Assembly (NCBI GenBank): GCA_028870995.1
Contig: JAGWOI010000001.1
Location: 26,273 to 90,272 of the forward strand
DNA length: 64,000 bases
Reading direction: 5' to 3'
Source: Candidatus Omnitrophota bacterium
Lineage (GTDB): Bacteria; Omnitrophota; Gorgyraeia; Zapsychrales; Fredricksoniimonadaceae
A model generated the notes under the pieces. The model was not told the DNA's origin. It was given only the letters and a program-made list of their open reading frames with translations, and did not search any database. Both the position numbers and the translations under genes were made by a program. Of this stretch, positions 1-8,837 are shown in pieces. Within the stretch, counting starts at the first letter, position 1. Each line of letters starts with the position of its first letter.

Positions 1-498
1 CACGGCTCCATTTATGTGGTCATGAAAACCGAAGGGGAATTCCATGACCGGGCCAGGGGCTGGGTCAAGAATTGCATCATCTTTTTTGTGATCATGTACG
101 TGATTTTGACCATGGCCACCCTTTTATATGTGCCCCACATGGTGGCCAATTTCCAGAAATATCCCGTGCTGTTCTTTATCCCGGTGGCTAATCTCCTATT
201 GATCGCCAATGTACCAAGGGAAATTTATCATAAAAGGGATTTTATGGCTTTCCTATCGTCCTGCGGGGCCATCGTTGTCCTTATGTTCCTTCTTGGTTTC
301 GGCATTTTTCCCAATCTGGTCCTTTCGAACCCGCATCCTGAATTCAGCCTGAATATCTACCAGGATTCATCCTCGCTTAAAACCCTGCAGATCATGCTGG
401 TCATCGCCCTTATAGGCATGCCGGTGGTCCTTGCTTATACGCTGAGCATCTATTGGATCTTCCGCGGCAAGGTCAAGTTGGATGATCACAGTTATTAG
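1..498 (+). CDS. cydB: Cytochrome bd ubiquinol oxidase subunit II, C-terminal part (truncated by window start)
   Basis: Hydrophobic helices, FPNLV, SSLKTLQIML and the terminal AYTLSIYWIFRGKVKLDDHSY typical of CydB; frame is open from base 1. Confidence 0.9.
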   Translation, partial: HGSIYVVMKTEGEFHDRARGWVKNCIIFFVIMYVILTMATLLYVPHMVANFQKYPVLFFIPVANLLLIANVPREIYHKRDFMAFLSSCGAIVVLMFLLGFGIFPNLVLSNPHPEFSLNIYQDSSSLKTLQIMLVIALIGMPVVLAYTLSIYWIFRGKVKLDDHSY

Positions 499-512
499 TA
501 CAAAGAATTTTA

Positions 513-920
513 TTAGATGCTTTGCGGAGGGGCGCAGGGTTTAAGCTGCGTGTCTATCCTGCCGATGTGGTCCACCAGCCAGGTTTCCAGGAAATGGTGC
601 AGTTCGATGATGGGCTCGTCCTTGGTTTCATCACTTTTAATCTTTTCTTCCAAGGTTTTGAATTTTTGGATGAATTTTTCGTGGGCTTCCTTGTTTTTGG
701 TCGCAATAGGGCAGGCAAACCGGTGCATGCAAGTCTCCTCGTGGCCGAAATGGACCTGGATGTATTTTTTTAGGTAGATCAGGGTCTCGTCGATGATTCG
801 GGGTGAGAGGGCATTATCCTCGATGGCCTTGCCCAGTTCGTTGGTGCATTGGAAAAGGGCCTTGTGCTGCTTGTCCAATTCAGCCACACCTGTGGAGTAG
901 GATTCCTGCCAGAGGATCAT
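513..920 (-). CDS. Bacteriohemerythrin-family protein (variant)
   Basis: W-x3-YSTGV..LDKQH, HFGHEE and WLVDHI..D motifs; the HxxxH motif reads NKEAH. Confidence 0.88.
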   Translation of the reverse strand: MILWQESYSTGVAELDKQHKALFQCTNELGKAIEDNALSPRIIDETLIYLKKYIQVHFGHEETCMHRFACPIATKNKEAHEKFIQKFKTLEEKIKSDETKDEPIIELHHFLETWLVDHIGRIDTQLKPCAPPQSI

Positions 921-971
921 AATTCACATCATACTCCGGTTGGGGGTGGTTGAAAGCACATTTTTGTTTTT

Positions 972-987
972 TAAGTAAATTTACGTA
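972..987. promoter_or_regulatory. Copy of recurring 16-bp inverted-repeat motif (TAAGT-AAATTT-ACGTA)
   Basis: Lies in the divergent hemerythrin / cytochrome c biogenesis intergenic region; similar sites at 4738, 7333, 9639, 19975. Confidence 0.6.
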
Positions 988-1064
988 GGCGCTTGCGCAG
1001 TTTTAAGCATTGCGCGAGCCAAAAGATGATGTTATCATGACATTTCAAAACGGAGAGGGTTAGC

Positions 1065-1781
1065 ATGAATTTTTTAGTCCTTTCATTAGCGATACTTCTG
1101 TTGACAGGCTGCAGTGGACAACAGCAACCCCGCCACTATACGGAGGTGGTTTCCCAAACACCTCAGGCTCGGACAGTACCTGCTCCTGTTCAAAAACCGG
1201 CGGATAACCCGCATGCCGGACTTAACATGGGGGCTAATCTGACACCGGATGCCCGTGCTAATTTGCAAAAAATGATGGCCGAAGGACAGGACCCGCATTC
1301 GGGCATCGACATGTCCGCCTTTGCGGGCGGCAGCAACGGCCCGGCTGAGCCCAGCCCCTATACATGGTCTATTCCTAAGGGTTGGAAGCAGGGGCCTGCC
1401 AAAATGATGCGCCTGGCCTCATTCTATAAGGAAGGCGACCCTGATGCCGTCGACTGTTCCATTGTGGTCCTGCCCGGCACAGCAGGCGGCGAAGAAGCCA
1501 ATATCAAGCGCTGGATGGGGCAGGTTGGCATTGATCTTTCGGATGCCAATTATCAAAAACTTCTTGGCAGTGCTCAAACCATCCAAACTCAGGGGGGCTT
1601 GCAGGCCAAGGTTTATGATTTGACGGCCCTGTCCGGTGCCGCCGGCAAGTCCATGATCGCTGCGATGATCTCAACCAACGGGACCACTATTTTTGTCAAA
1701 ATGACCGGTGTCGGTCAAGCCGTCAAACAAAACCAGGCACAATTCCTTGAACTATTGAAATCTCTGGCTCCCAAAAACTAG
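1065..1781 (+). CDS. Lipoprotein of unknown function linked to cytochrome c biogenesis genes
   Basis: Lipobox LLTGC, GGAG RBS, two PH-x-G-x2-M motifs, NIKRWMGQ segment; ends 3 bp before the ResB-like gene. Confidence 0.75.
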   Translation: MNFLVLSLAILLLTGCSGQQQPRHYTEVVSQTPQARTVPAPVQKPADNPHAGLNMGANLTPDARANLQKMMAEGQDPHSGIDMSAFAGGSNGPAEPSPYTWSIPKGWKQGPAKMMRLASFYKEGDPDAVDCSIVVLPGTAGGEEANIKRWMGQVGIDLSDANYQKLLGSAQTIQTQGGLQAKVYDLTALSGAAGKSMIAAMISTNGTTIFVKMTGVGQAVKQNQAQFLELLKSLAPKN

Positions 1782-1784
1782 ATC

Positions 1785-2885
1785 ATGTTAAAACTTCTTA
1801 GTTCAGTCCGCATCACCGTCGTTTGCCTGTTCCTGCTTTTTGTCCTTACTTTTTGGGGGACCATGGCCCAGGTGCAGCAGGGGTTGTACGCGGCCCAGGA
1901 GCGTTTTTTTGCCTCCTTTTTCTTTTTGGCCGGAGGGTGGTTTCCTTTCCCGGGCGCTCAGCTGGTGCTTTGGATTTTGTTCATCAATCTGGTGGCCGCC
2001 TTAATCACTCATTTTAAGAAACAGAGCGGCTGGGCCTCCATCGGCGGCAAAATCACCCATATTGGACTTATCCTTTATTTTGCCGCAGCCTTCTTTATTT
2101 TCCATCTTTCCAGGGAATCTTATGTGCATTTGGGAGAAGGCGACAGCACCAATGTTTCCACCTCCTATACGGAATGGGAATTAGCGTATTGGCAGGAGCA
2201 GGGCGCTTCCAGGCAGGTCACCGCACTCGACAGCAAAAATTTTAAACCAGGGGACAGGGTGGCGTTCAATAATCCTGACTTCACGCTGCGCGTGGCGCAA
2301 TATTATCCTAACTCTGATGCCTATGACAACGGCAGCAGTCCCAAACCGGCCGGTATCATCAGCCTTGATGCCATCAGCCATATCGCAGGCAAACCCATGG
2401 ATAAAGAAAGAGAAAAGAATATCGCCGGCGGTGTTTTTGATCTGAGCTTCGGCGGCAAGTCCCTCACCCTGCTGCTTTTTGGGGCCGAGACCAACCCGAC
2501 CCGGGTGGCCATCAATGGAAAAAATTATTATTTTATCCTGCGGCATAAAACATTCCCGCTGCCTTTTGCCTTGAAACTGGACCGTTTTAAAGTTGCATTT
2601 CATCCCGGGACCGATATGGCCAAAAGTTATCAAAGCTGGGTCACCATCACCACCGGCTCTCTCACCCGGCAGGTGCGTATTTATATGAACAATCCGTTGC
2701 GTTATAAAGATTACACCTTGTACCAGGCCTCCTACGATACAGATCCCCAAGGCAGGCAATATTCGACGCTGGCCGTGGTCAAAAATTCGGCCCGGCTGCT
2801 GCCGTATATCTCCTGCCTTTTGGTGTTTTTAGGCTTGGCGTTGCATTTTCTTACTCAGGCTATTATCACGAAATTAAGATTATGA
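1785..2885 (+). CDS. Cytochrome c biogenesis protein, ResB/CcsB-like (system II)
   Basis: N-terminal TM helices with THIG His, periplasmic domain with LPFALKLDRF and IYMNNPLRYKDYTLYQAS, C-terminal TM. Confidence 0.85.
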   Translation: MLKLLSSVRITVVCLFLLFVLTFWGTMAQVQQGLYAAQERFFASFFFLAGGWFPFPGAQLVLWILFINLVAALITHFKKQSGWASIGGKITHIGLILYFAAAFFIFHLSRESYVHLGEGDSTNVSTSYTEWELAYWQEQGASRQVTALDSKNFKPGDRVAFNNPDFTLRVAQYYPNSDAYDNGSSPKPAGIISLDAISHIAGKPMDKEREKNIAGGVFDLSFGGKSLTLLLFGAETNPTRVAINGKNYYFILRHKTFPLPFALKLDRFKVAFHPGTDMAKSYQSWVTITTGSLTRQVRIYMNNPLRYKDYTLYQASYDTDPQGRQYSTLAVVKNSARLLPYISCLLVFLGLALHFLTQAIITKLRL

Positions 2886-4744
2886 AAACCAGATCCATTT
2901 TTTTAAGTTTAATCGTGTGCCTATGCTTGACGCCCACAGCCATGGCCCAGGAGGGCAAATTTTTAGACCATTTTAAGGGCATTCCGGTGCTGCAGGAAGG
3001 CCGCCTTAAACCCCTGGACACCTATGCGCGCAATCTGTTGATCCAGTTCTCTGGAAAGGACAGTTATGATCACGCCCCGGCAGCTGCTTGGCTCGCCAAA
3101 CTTTTGTTCACGCCGTTCCATGCCGCTGATGACAAGGTGTTCTTGATCAATAATCCCGAAATCGCAACGGCCTTGAACATCAAACCCGAAGCCGGGCGCC
3201 GTTACAGTTTCGCTGAATTAAAAGATGCCTTCCCCAAATTAGTGCAGTTAAAAGAGGAAGCCGCCAATATCGATGAACGCCAGCGCACCCTGGTGGAGAA
3301 TGAGATCATCCGGGTGGCCCAGAACGTGGAGCTTTACATTGATTTCTCCGAGGATTTCCTTTGGGCTTATCCTGACCAGGATTTTACCATCACCTCGCCT
3401 GAAATCAAAAAACAGTTGGGGCTTCCCCAGGACCAGAACCAATTCAGTTTTATTGATATGGCTTTTAATGCCGGTAAAATCAAAGATTTAATGCTGGGGC
3501 TTAAAAATAAATCTAAAGAACAGATTTTAGGGCCGCAACTTGAGTTGATGTCCGCGGTCAACAACATGGTCCATTGGACCAAGGATTATCAAAATTTGCC
3601 TTTTGAGGTGATTCCTCCGGCAGAGGGCAATGACTGGTTAAGCCCGTGGGACGCCATATCAGGTGGACTTTCCGAAGGTCAAAGGAAACTTATTGGGCTT
3701 TGGTATCAAATGGCCCAAGCCTATGCCGCAGGGAATTTCATCGATTTCGACATGGCTGCTCAATCTTATTTAGGGGCGGTGAAAGAAAATCTCAAGCCAA
3801 GACAGTTGAATATCATCCGCAAGTTTCCTCTGGAAATGACCTATGAAGCAGCCAAGCCGTTCTTGTGGGCCAGGATTTTCTATATTCTTGCTTTTATATT
3901 TTTTATCATCTCCTTTACCTCATCTAAAAAGGTCTGGTATGTTTTGGGGCTTTTATCCGTAGTGGCAGGTTTTATCCCGCATACTCTTGGGCTTGTGGCG
4001 CGGATTATCATCATGGCCAGGCCGCCGGTCACCAATCTTTATGAGACCTTTATCTTTGTCGGATTTATCAGCGTACTCCTAGGGCTTGGCATCGAGTATT
4101 TTAACCGGCGCTGGCTGGGCCTCGTTACGGCCGCCATTTGCGGCACCATCCTTTTATTCATTGCCGGGAGGTACAGTGCTGAAGGCGATACCCTCAAGAT
4201 GCTGGTGGCGGTCCTGAATTCCAATTTTTGGCTGGCGACCCATGTCACCACCATCACTATGGGTTATGGCGCCACGTGTGTGGCCGGGATATTGGGTCAC
4301 ATTTGGCTTATCCAGGCGAGCTTGGGCAAGAAGCGAGAGGTCCTGGATAATACGTATAAAACCACCTTGGGGATCATGGGGGTGGCGTTGACTCTGACAT
4401 TTTTAGGGACCAACCTGGGCGGCATCTGGGCCGACCAAAGCTGGGGCCGGTTTTGGGGCTGGGACCCCAAGGAAAATGGGGCCCTGATGATCGTGCTTTG
4501 GCTGGCGATCCTGTTCCATGCCAAGTTTGCCATGATGATCGATGATTTCGGCCTGGCCATCGGGTGTGTGATCAGCATGATGGTGGTCATGTGGGCCTGG
4601 TTCGGGGTGAATTTGCTGAGCATCGGCCTTCATTCTTATGGATTTACTTCGGGGATCGCCAATGCCCTGATCATATACGCCGCCGGAGAAATTGCGTTTA
4701 TCATCCTTACCGCTACATTAGTGATCCGCCGCAGATCTACGTAG
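2882..4744 (+). CDS. ccsA: Cytochrome c biogenesis protein CcsA (heme synthase subunit) with large N-terminal soluble domain
   Basis: GRLKPLDT, RPPVTNLYE, WLATHV, WWD motif GGIWADQSWGRFWGWDPKE, GLHSYG. Confidence 0.92.
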   Translation: MKTRSIFLSLIVCLCLTPTAMAQEGKFLDHFKGIPVLQEGRLKPLDTYARNLLIQFSGKDSYDHAPAAAWLAKLLFTPFHAADDKVFLINNPEIATALNIKPEAGRRYSFAELKDAFPKLVQLKEEAANIDERQRTLVENEIIRVAQNVELYIDFSEDFLWAYPDQDFTITSPEIKKQLGLPQDQNQFSFIDMAFNAGKIKDLMLGLKNKSKEQILGPQLELMSAVNNMVHWTKDYQNLPFEVIPPAEGNDWLSPWDAISGGLSEGQRKLIGLWYQMAQAYAAGNFIDFDMAAQSYLGAVKENLKPRQLNIIRKFPLEMTYEAAKPFLWARIFYILAFIFFIISFTSSKKVWYVLGLLSVVAGFIPHTLGLVARIIIMARPPVTNLYETFIFVGFISVLLGLGIEYFNRRWLGLVTAAICGTILLFIAGRYSAEGDTLKMLVAVLNSNFWLATHVTTITMGYGATCVAGILGHIWLIQASLGKKREVLDNTYKTTLGIMGVALTLTFLGTNLGGIWADQSWGRFWGWDPKENGALMIVLWLAILFHAKFAMMIDDFGLAIGCVISMMVVMWAWFGVNLLSIGLHSYGFTSGIANALIIYAAGEIAFIILTATLVIRRRST

Positions 4745-4753
4745 AATTTCGTA
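4738..4753. promoter_or_regulatory. Copy of recurring inverted-repeat motif (TACGT-AGAATT-TCGTA)
   Basis: Overlaps the ccsA stop codon, ~35 bp upstream of the radical SAM start; one mismatch to the consensus. Confidence 0.5.
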
Positions 4754-4788
4754 TTTTTATATTTCCTTCCTTCCCCTATACTTTAGAT

Positions 4789-5577
4789 ATGATTAATCCT
4801 TTTAAATTCCTTTATGGTCCCGTGTATTCATGGAGACTGGGAAAATCGTTGGGCATCGACCCATTATCCGGTTCTGGAAAAATTTGCAATATGGATTGTG
4901 TCTATTGCCAGCTGGGGAAAACCAGCCGTTTGACGGAAACCAGGAAAGAATTCGTGCCCACGGCGGATTTGATGGAAGAAGTACGCCGGCTGCCGCTTTT
5001 TTTTGTTGATTATCTGACCTTTTCAGGCCGGGGAGAGCCGACCCTGGCCAGCAATCTGGGCGACATGATCCGCAGTATTAAGAGCTGCCGGCATGAGCAT
5101 GTGGCGGTGATCACCAATTCTTCTTTGCTGTATCAGAAGGACGTGCGGGAAGATCTCCAAAAGGCTGATTTTGTGCTGGCCAAATTGGATGGCGCCAACC
5201 AGCAAACATTTCAGGCCGTGGCCGGGACCCCTTTGGAGCTGGATAAGGTGTTGGGCGGCATTTTTGATTTCCGCCGGGGATTCAAAGGGAAATTCGCCCT
5301 GCAGATCATGCTGATCGATGATAACCTGGACAATGTCCAACAGTTAGCCGCTGTTGCCGCTGAACTTTCCTGCGATGAAGTGCAGCTTAACACCCCATTG
5401 AGGCCCTGCGCCATCCAACCCCTCGAGCGTCCGCAGATCCAAAACGCCAAGAAGTTCTTTCAGGGGCTGCCGGTGGTGACCGTGTGGGACGCCCCGCCGC
5501 AAAGCTACACGCCGTTTAACCACCAAGCCACCGTCAAGCGACACGGCAACTTTGTCAAAACTAGGTATGGTGTTTAA
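4789..5577 (+). CDS. Radical SAM Fe-S oxidoreductase
   Basis: YGPVYSWRLGKSLGID, CNMDCVYC (CxxxCxxC), TFSGRGEPT; start moved from 4564 to ATG 4789 to remove the overlap with ccsA. Confidence 0.88.
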   Translation: MINPFKFLYGPVYSWRLGKSLGIDPLSGSGKICNMDCVYCQLGKTSRLTETRKEFVPTADLMEEVRRLPLFFVDYLTFSGRGEPTLASNLGDMIRSIKSCRHEHVAVITNSSLLYQKDVREDLQKADFVLAKLDGANQQTFQAVAGTPLELDKVLGGIFDFRRGFKGKFALQIMLIDDNLDNVQQLAAVAAELSCDEVQLNTPLRPCAIQPLERPQIQNAKKFFQGLPVVTVWDAPPQSYTPFNHQATVKRHGNFVKTRYGV

Positions 5578-5607
5578 AAACGCCGGTGGTATAATTGACC
5601 TTAAATT

Positions 5608-6675
5608 ATGCCGATGCCTGGTTCCTTTTTCCAACGATATGCCTTAGAGAAGACACTCAAGGAGTTGGCGGACATTAAGTTCGCCCTTGATGTGTCTTCG
5701 ATCGTGGCCATTACCGATCAAACGGGAAAGATCGTTTACGCCAACGACAAGTTCTGCGAGATTTCCAAGTACTCCCACGAAGAACTGCTCGGCCAGAATC
5801 ACCGCATCATCAATTCCGGTTATCATCCCAAGGAATTTTTCCGTGACCTGTGGCGGACCATCGCCCAAGGCAAGGTATGGACAGGTGAGATCTGCAACCG
5901 CGCCAAGGACGGATCGATTTATTGGGTGGATACCACGATTGTTCCCTTTCTAAACGATAGGGGCAAGCCGTTCCAATATGTTTCCATCCGCAACGAAATA
6001 ACCCAGCGCAAATTGATGGAAGATGAGATCAAGGCGATCCCCCAGCGCATCATCCAGGCCCAGGAGAGCGAAGCTAACCGCATCGCCAGGGACATCCACG
6101 ATGATTTGGGGCAGTCGCTGGCCACCTTAAAAATACTTATCCAATCCGCATGGATGCCGGATGTAAAGAATTTCCCTCAAGAGAAGAAAGACCATGAGAA
6201 GATCATCAACTATTTGAGCAGCATCATTGAAAAATCCCGCAACCTGGCCATGCGGTTGAGGCCTTCAACGCTCGACACCTTAGGGCTGACGACGGCCCTA
6301 AAGCTCATGTTCACCGAGATCAACCGCTCCAAGTCCTTGAAGGTAGAGTTCAGACATAATAAGATCGATCACTTGAAGTATGATTCTGAAGCCATTAATA
6401 TTTACCGTATCGTCCAGGAGGCTATGGGCAATTGTATCAAGCATGCTTCGGCCAGCCTGGTCAAGATTGATCTGCGTCTTGTCAAGGAGCGGTTAAAGAT
6501 CCGGATTACGGACAACGGCAAGGGTTTTGTCGTAACGGGAAAATCCAGCGGTTTGGGGCTGGTCACCATGAAGGAGAGGGTCATTCTTTTAGGGGGGGAC
6601 ATTAAAATCCAATCAGTGCCTAAAAAAGGCACCACTATTTCCATCAACATTCCAGTGAGGGGTAAAAAATCATGA
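5608..6675 (+). CDS. Cytoplasmic PAS-domain sensor histidine kinase (HisKA_3, NreB/UhpB-like)
   Basis: PAS (YANDKFCEISKY..ELLGQNHRII..WTGEICNRAKDG..YWV), RIARDIHDDLGQ H-box, DNGKGF and GLGL boxes; no TM segment. Confidence 0.92.
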   Translation: MPMPGSFFQRYALEKTLKELADIKFALDVSSIVAITDQTGKIVYANDKFCEISKYSHEELLGQNHRIINSGYHPKEFFRDLWRTIAQGKVWTGEICNRAKDGSIYWVDTTIVPFLNDRGKPFQYVSIRNEITQRKLMEDEIKAIPQRIIQAQESEANRIARDIHDDLGQSLATLKILIQSAWMPDVKNFPQEKKDHEKIINYLSSIIEKSRNLAMRLRPSTLDTLGLTTALKLMFTEINRSKSLKVEFRHNKIDHLKYDSEAINIYRIVQEAMGNCIKHASASLVKIDLRLVKERLKIRITDNGKGFVVTGKSSGLGLVTMKERVILLGGDIKIQSVPKKGTTISINIPVRGKKS

Positions 6676-7316
6676 GCGCTATCCGGGTCATATTGGCCGA
6701 TGATCATGCCATGCTGAGGTCAGGCTTAAGGGGTTTATTGGAGAAAAACCCTGATTTTAAAGTCGTCGGGGAAGCCGGCAACGGTGAGGTCCTGCTGGAC
6801 AAATTAAAAAGCACCAAGGTCGATTGCGTTGTTCTGGATCTGTCCATGCCCCTGATGGACGGTCTGGAAACCCTCAAGGAACTGCGCCAGCGCCACCCCA
6901 AGCTCAAGGTCCTGATACTGACCATGCAAAAAGATATCGACCATTTCAAGTACGCCATGGCCCACGGAGCCAACGGCTATGTCCTTAAAGACGGGGCTTT
7001 TGAACAACTGGTCATGGCCATCAAGATGGTCATGAAGGGCAAAAGTTTTGTGTCACCGGCGATTTCCGAATATATAACGGAGCAGTATGTGCGCTCCATC
7101 GAGGCGAGCGACGTTCCCTCCCTGGAAATCCTTACTAACCGCGAGAAACAGGTTCTAGCCCTTATCGTCAAGGGAGCGGCCAACAAAAACATCGCCTCTT
7201 CCTTGAAAATCAGCATCAGGACCGTCGAAACCCACCGTAGCCGCCTCATCCACAAATTGGGCATCAAGACCGCTGCCGGCCTGGTCAAATACGCCATGGC
7301 CAAGGGTCTGATTTGA
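6672..7316 (+). CDS. NarL/NreC-family response regulator
   Basis: ADDH, LDLSMP, LuxR HTH LTNREKQVL...ISIRTVETHR. Confidence 0.93.
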   Translation: MSAIRVILADDHAMLRSGLRGLLEKNPDFKVVGEAGNGEVLLDKLKSTKVDCVVLDLSMPLMDGLETLKELRQRHPKLKVLILTMQKDIDHFKYAMAHGANGYVLKDGAFEQLVMAIKMVMKGKSFVSPAISEYITEQYVRSIEASDVPSLEILTNREKQVLALIVKGAANKNIASSLKISIRTVETHRSRLIHKLGIKTAAGLVKYAMAKGLI

Positions 7317-7332
7317 CCCCTCCGTCCTTCCT

Positions 7333-7370
7333 TAAGTGTTACTACGTACGGCCTTAAGTAGTTCACCCCA
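7333..7370. promoter_or_regulatory. Recurring inverted-repeat motif (TAAGT-GTTACT-ACGTA) plus a weaker second site 22 bp downstream
   Basis: The 13 bp GTGTTACTACGTA (7336-7348) is identical to 9642-9654; second TAAGT half-site at 7355. Confidence 0.65.
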
Positions 7371-7436
7371 TTCATATTTTCTCCTTTTGAGATTATCCTG
7401 TAAGTAGTTGAAGTGCCGTCTAAAAGGGTAGGATTT

Positions 7437-7814
7437 ATGACCGCTATATTGATCGTGGAAGACCATAAGGAATTCCGCGAGGCCATCAAAAAATTCATCA
7501 TCATGAAAGGCGTCAAGGCCGATATCCTGGAAGCCATGACCGCGGAGGAGGCCATGGGTATCGCCTCCTCCCATCGCCCCAAGGTCGTCATCATCGACAT
7601 CCATTTAACCAAAGGTGTCAGCGGCCTGGAGCTGGCTTCATCCATAAAGGCCAAAGACCCGTCCTGCAGCATCATCCTGTTGACCATGTATACCAACCAG
7701 GACATGAAACATCTGTGCAAGACCAAGGACGTGGAAGACTTTATCGATAAAAGCGACCTGGATGTCCGCCTGGTGCCGGCGATCAACCGTCTTTTAGCCC
7801 TGGAGAGGGCATAG
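7437..7814 (+). CDS. Single-domain response regulator receiver protein
   Basis: ILIVEDH, IIDIHL, LLTMY, FIDK; no output domain; ATG at 7437. Confidence 0.85.
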   Translation: MTAILIVEDHKEFREAIKKFIIMKGVKADILEAMTAEEAMGIASSHRPKVVIIDIHLTKGVSGLELASSIKAKDPSCSIILLTMYTNQDMKHLCKTKDVEDFIDKSDLDVRLVPAINRLLALERA

Positions 7815-7829
7815 AGATTTCCCCAAAAA

Positions 7830-8837
7830 ATGAAGCTGGCAAGCTTGCATAACAAGATCCTTTTCAGCATGGTATCTTTGCTGCTGTTGCTGGGCTTTTT
7901 TATATGGCTGGTGACCCAAACTTTTTTGTTATCGCTTAAGACCAGCGTTTTCCAGTCGCTGCATTCGCTGCATTTGCTGATGCTGACGACGACCTTGGGG
8001 TTTGCCTTGCTCGGGATATTCCTGGCCTTTTACCTGTCGGGTCTCATCACCAAACCACTTTCACAGCTGGTCCAGGGGATAGAGGCGATCAAGAAGGGGG
8101 ATTTCTCAGGAAGGATCGATATCCGGACCGAAGACGAGATCGGGGTTCTGGCCGGTGCTTTCAATGAAATGAGTGACCGTTTGAACCTGCTTATCAGCGA
8201 GGTGACGGCCCTTGCCAAGTTCCGCGAGAGGGAGAAGATAGCCCTGGATTTCCATGACGGCTGCGCCCAGGACCTGGTCAGTCTTTTAAAAAGAATTGAA
8301 TTGTGTGAAAAACTGGTTGAGGCCAGATCTCCGGAGGCGCTGGTGGAATTGGGACTTTTGAGGGACTATACCAAGAATATTTTGACCTCCACCCGGAACA
8401 TGATCTGTGATTTGAAATCGAAGGAAGATTTCGAAGTGCCGTTGGTGGAGAAAATCAGCGGTTTCCTGAAGGATTATGAAAGGATCAATGGTTGTAAAGT
8501 CGCTTTCAACGCTTCGGGGCCGGTGACGGCCCTTTCATCGGACCAAAATGAACATTTATTTTATATCATCACGGAGGCCTTGAGCAATATAAGGAAACAC
8601 AGCAGGGCGCAAAAAGTGACGGTAAATATTAAATCCAGTTTGCAACACCTTGAAGTTACGGTGAAGGACAATGGCAAGGGTTTTGATGTGGCCGCAGAAA
8701 ATGCGGATGATCCCCATCGCAGGAAATTCGGCCTGATGGCGATGCGCCATAGGGCCCAGGCGATAGGCGCGCGGTTAAACATCCAGTCGACCATCGGCCG
8801 GGGAAGCGAAGTGGGCTTGGAGCTAGGAGTTAAATAA
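7830..8837 (+). CDS. Membrane HAMP-domain sensor histidine kinase (HisKA_3)
   Basis: Two TMs with a very short loop, HAMP (DEIGVLAGAFNEM), IALDFHDG H-box, EALSNIRKH, DNGKGF. Confidence 0.9.
   Translation: MKLASLHNKILFSMVSLLLLLGFFIWLVTQTFLLSLKTSVFQSLHSLHLLMLTTTLGFALLGIFLAFYLSGLITKPLSQLVQGIEAIKKGDFSGRIDIRTEDEIGVLAGAFNEMSDRLNLLISEVTALAKFREREKIALDFHDGCAQDLVSLLKRIELCEKLVEARSPEALVELGLLRDYTKNILTSTRNMICDLKSKEDFEVPLVEKISGFLKDYERINGCKVAFNASGPVTALSSDQNEHLFYIITEALSNIRKHSRAQKVTVNIKSSLQHLEVTVKDNGKGFDVAAENADDPHRRKFGLMAMRHRAQAIGARLNIQSTIGRGSEVGLELGVK

Noticed and set aside
4564-4788. N-terminal extension of the radical SAM ORF in the track
   Set aside because: Overlaps ccsA in another frame; family similarity begins at ATG 4789
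6977-7870. 297-aa minus-strand ORF
   Set aside because: Antisense shadow of two clear response regulator genes; no motifs
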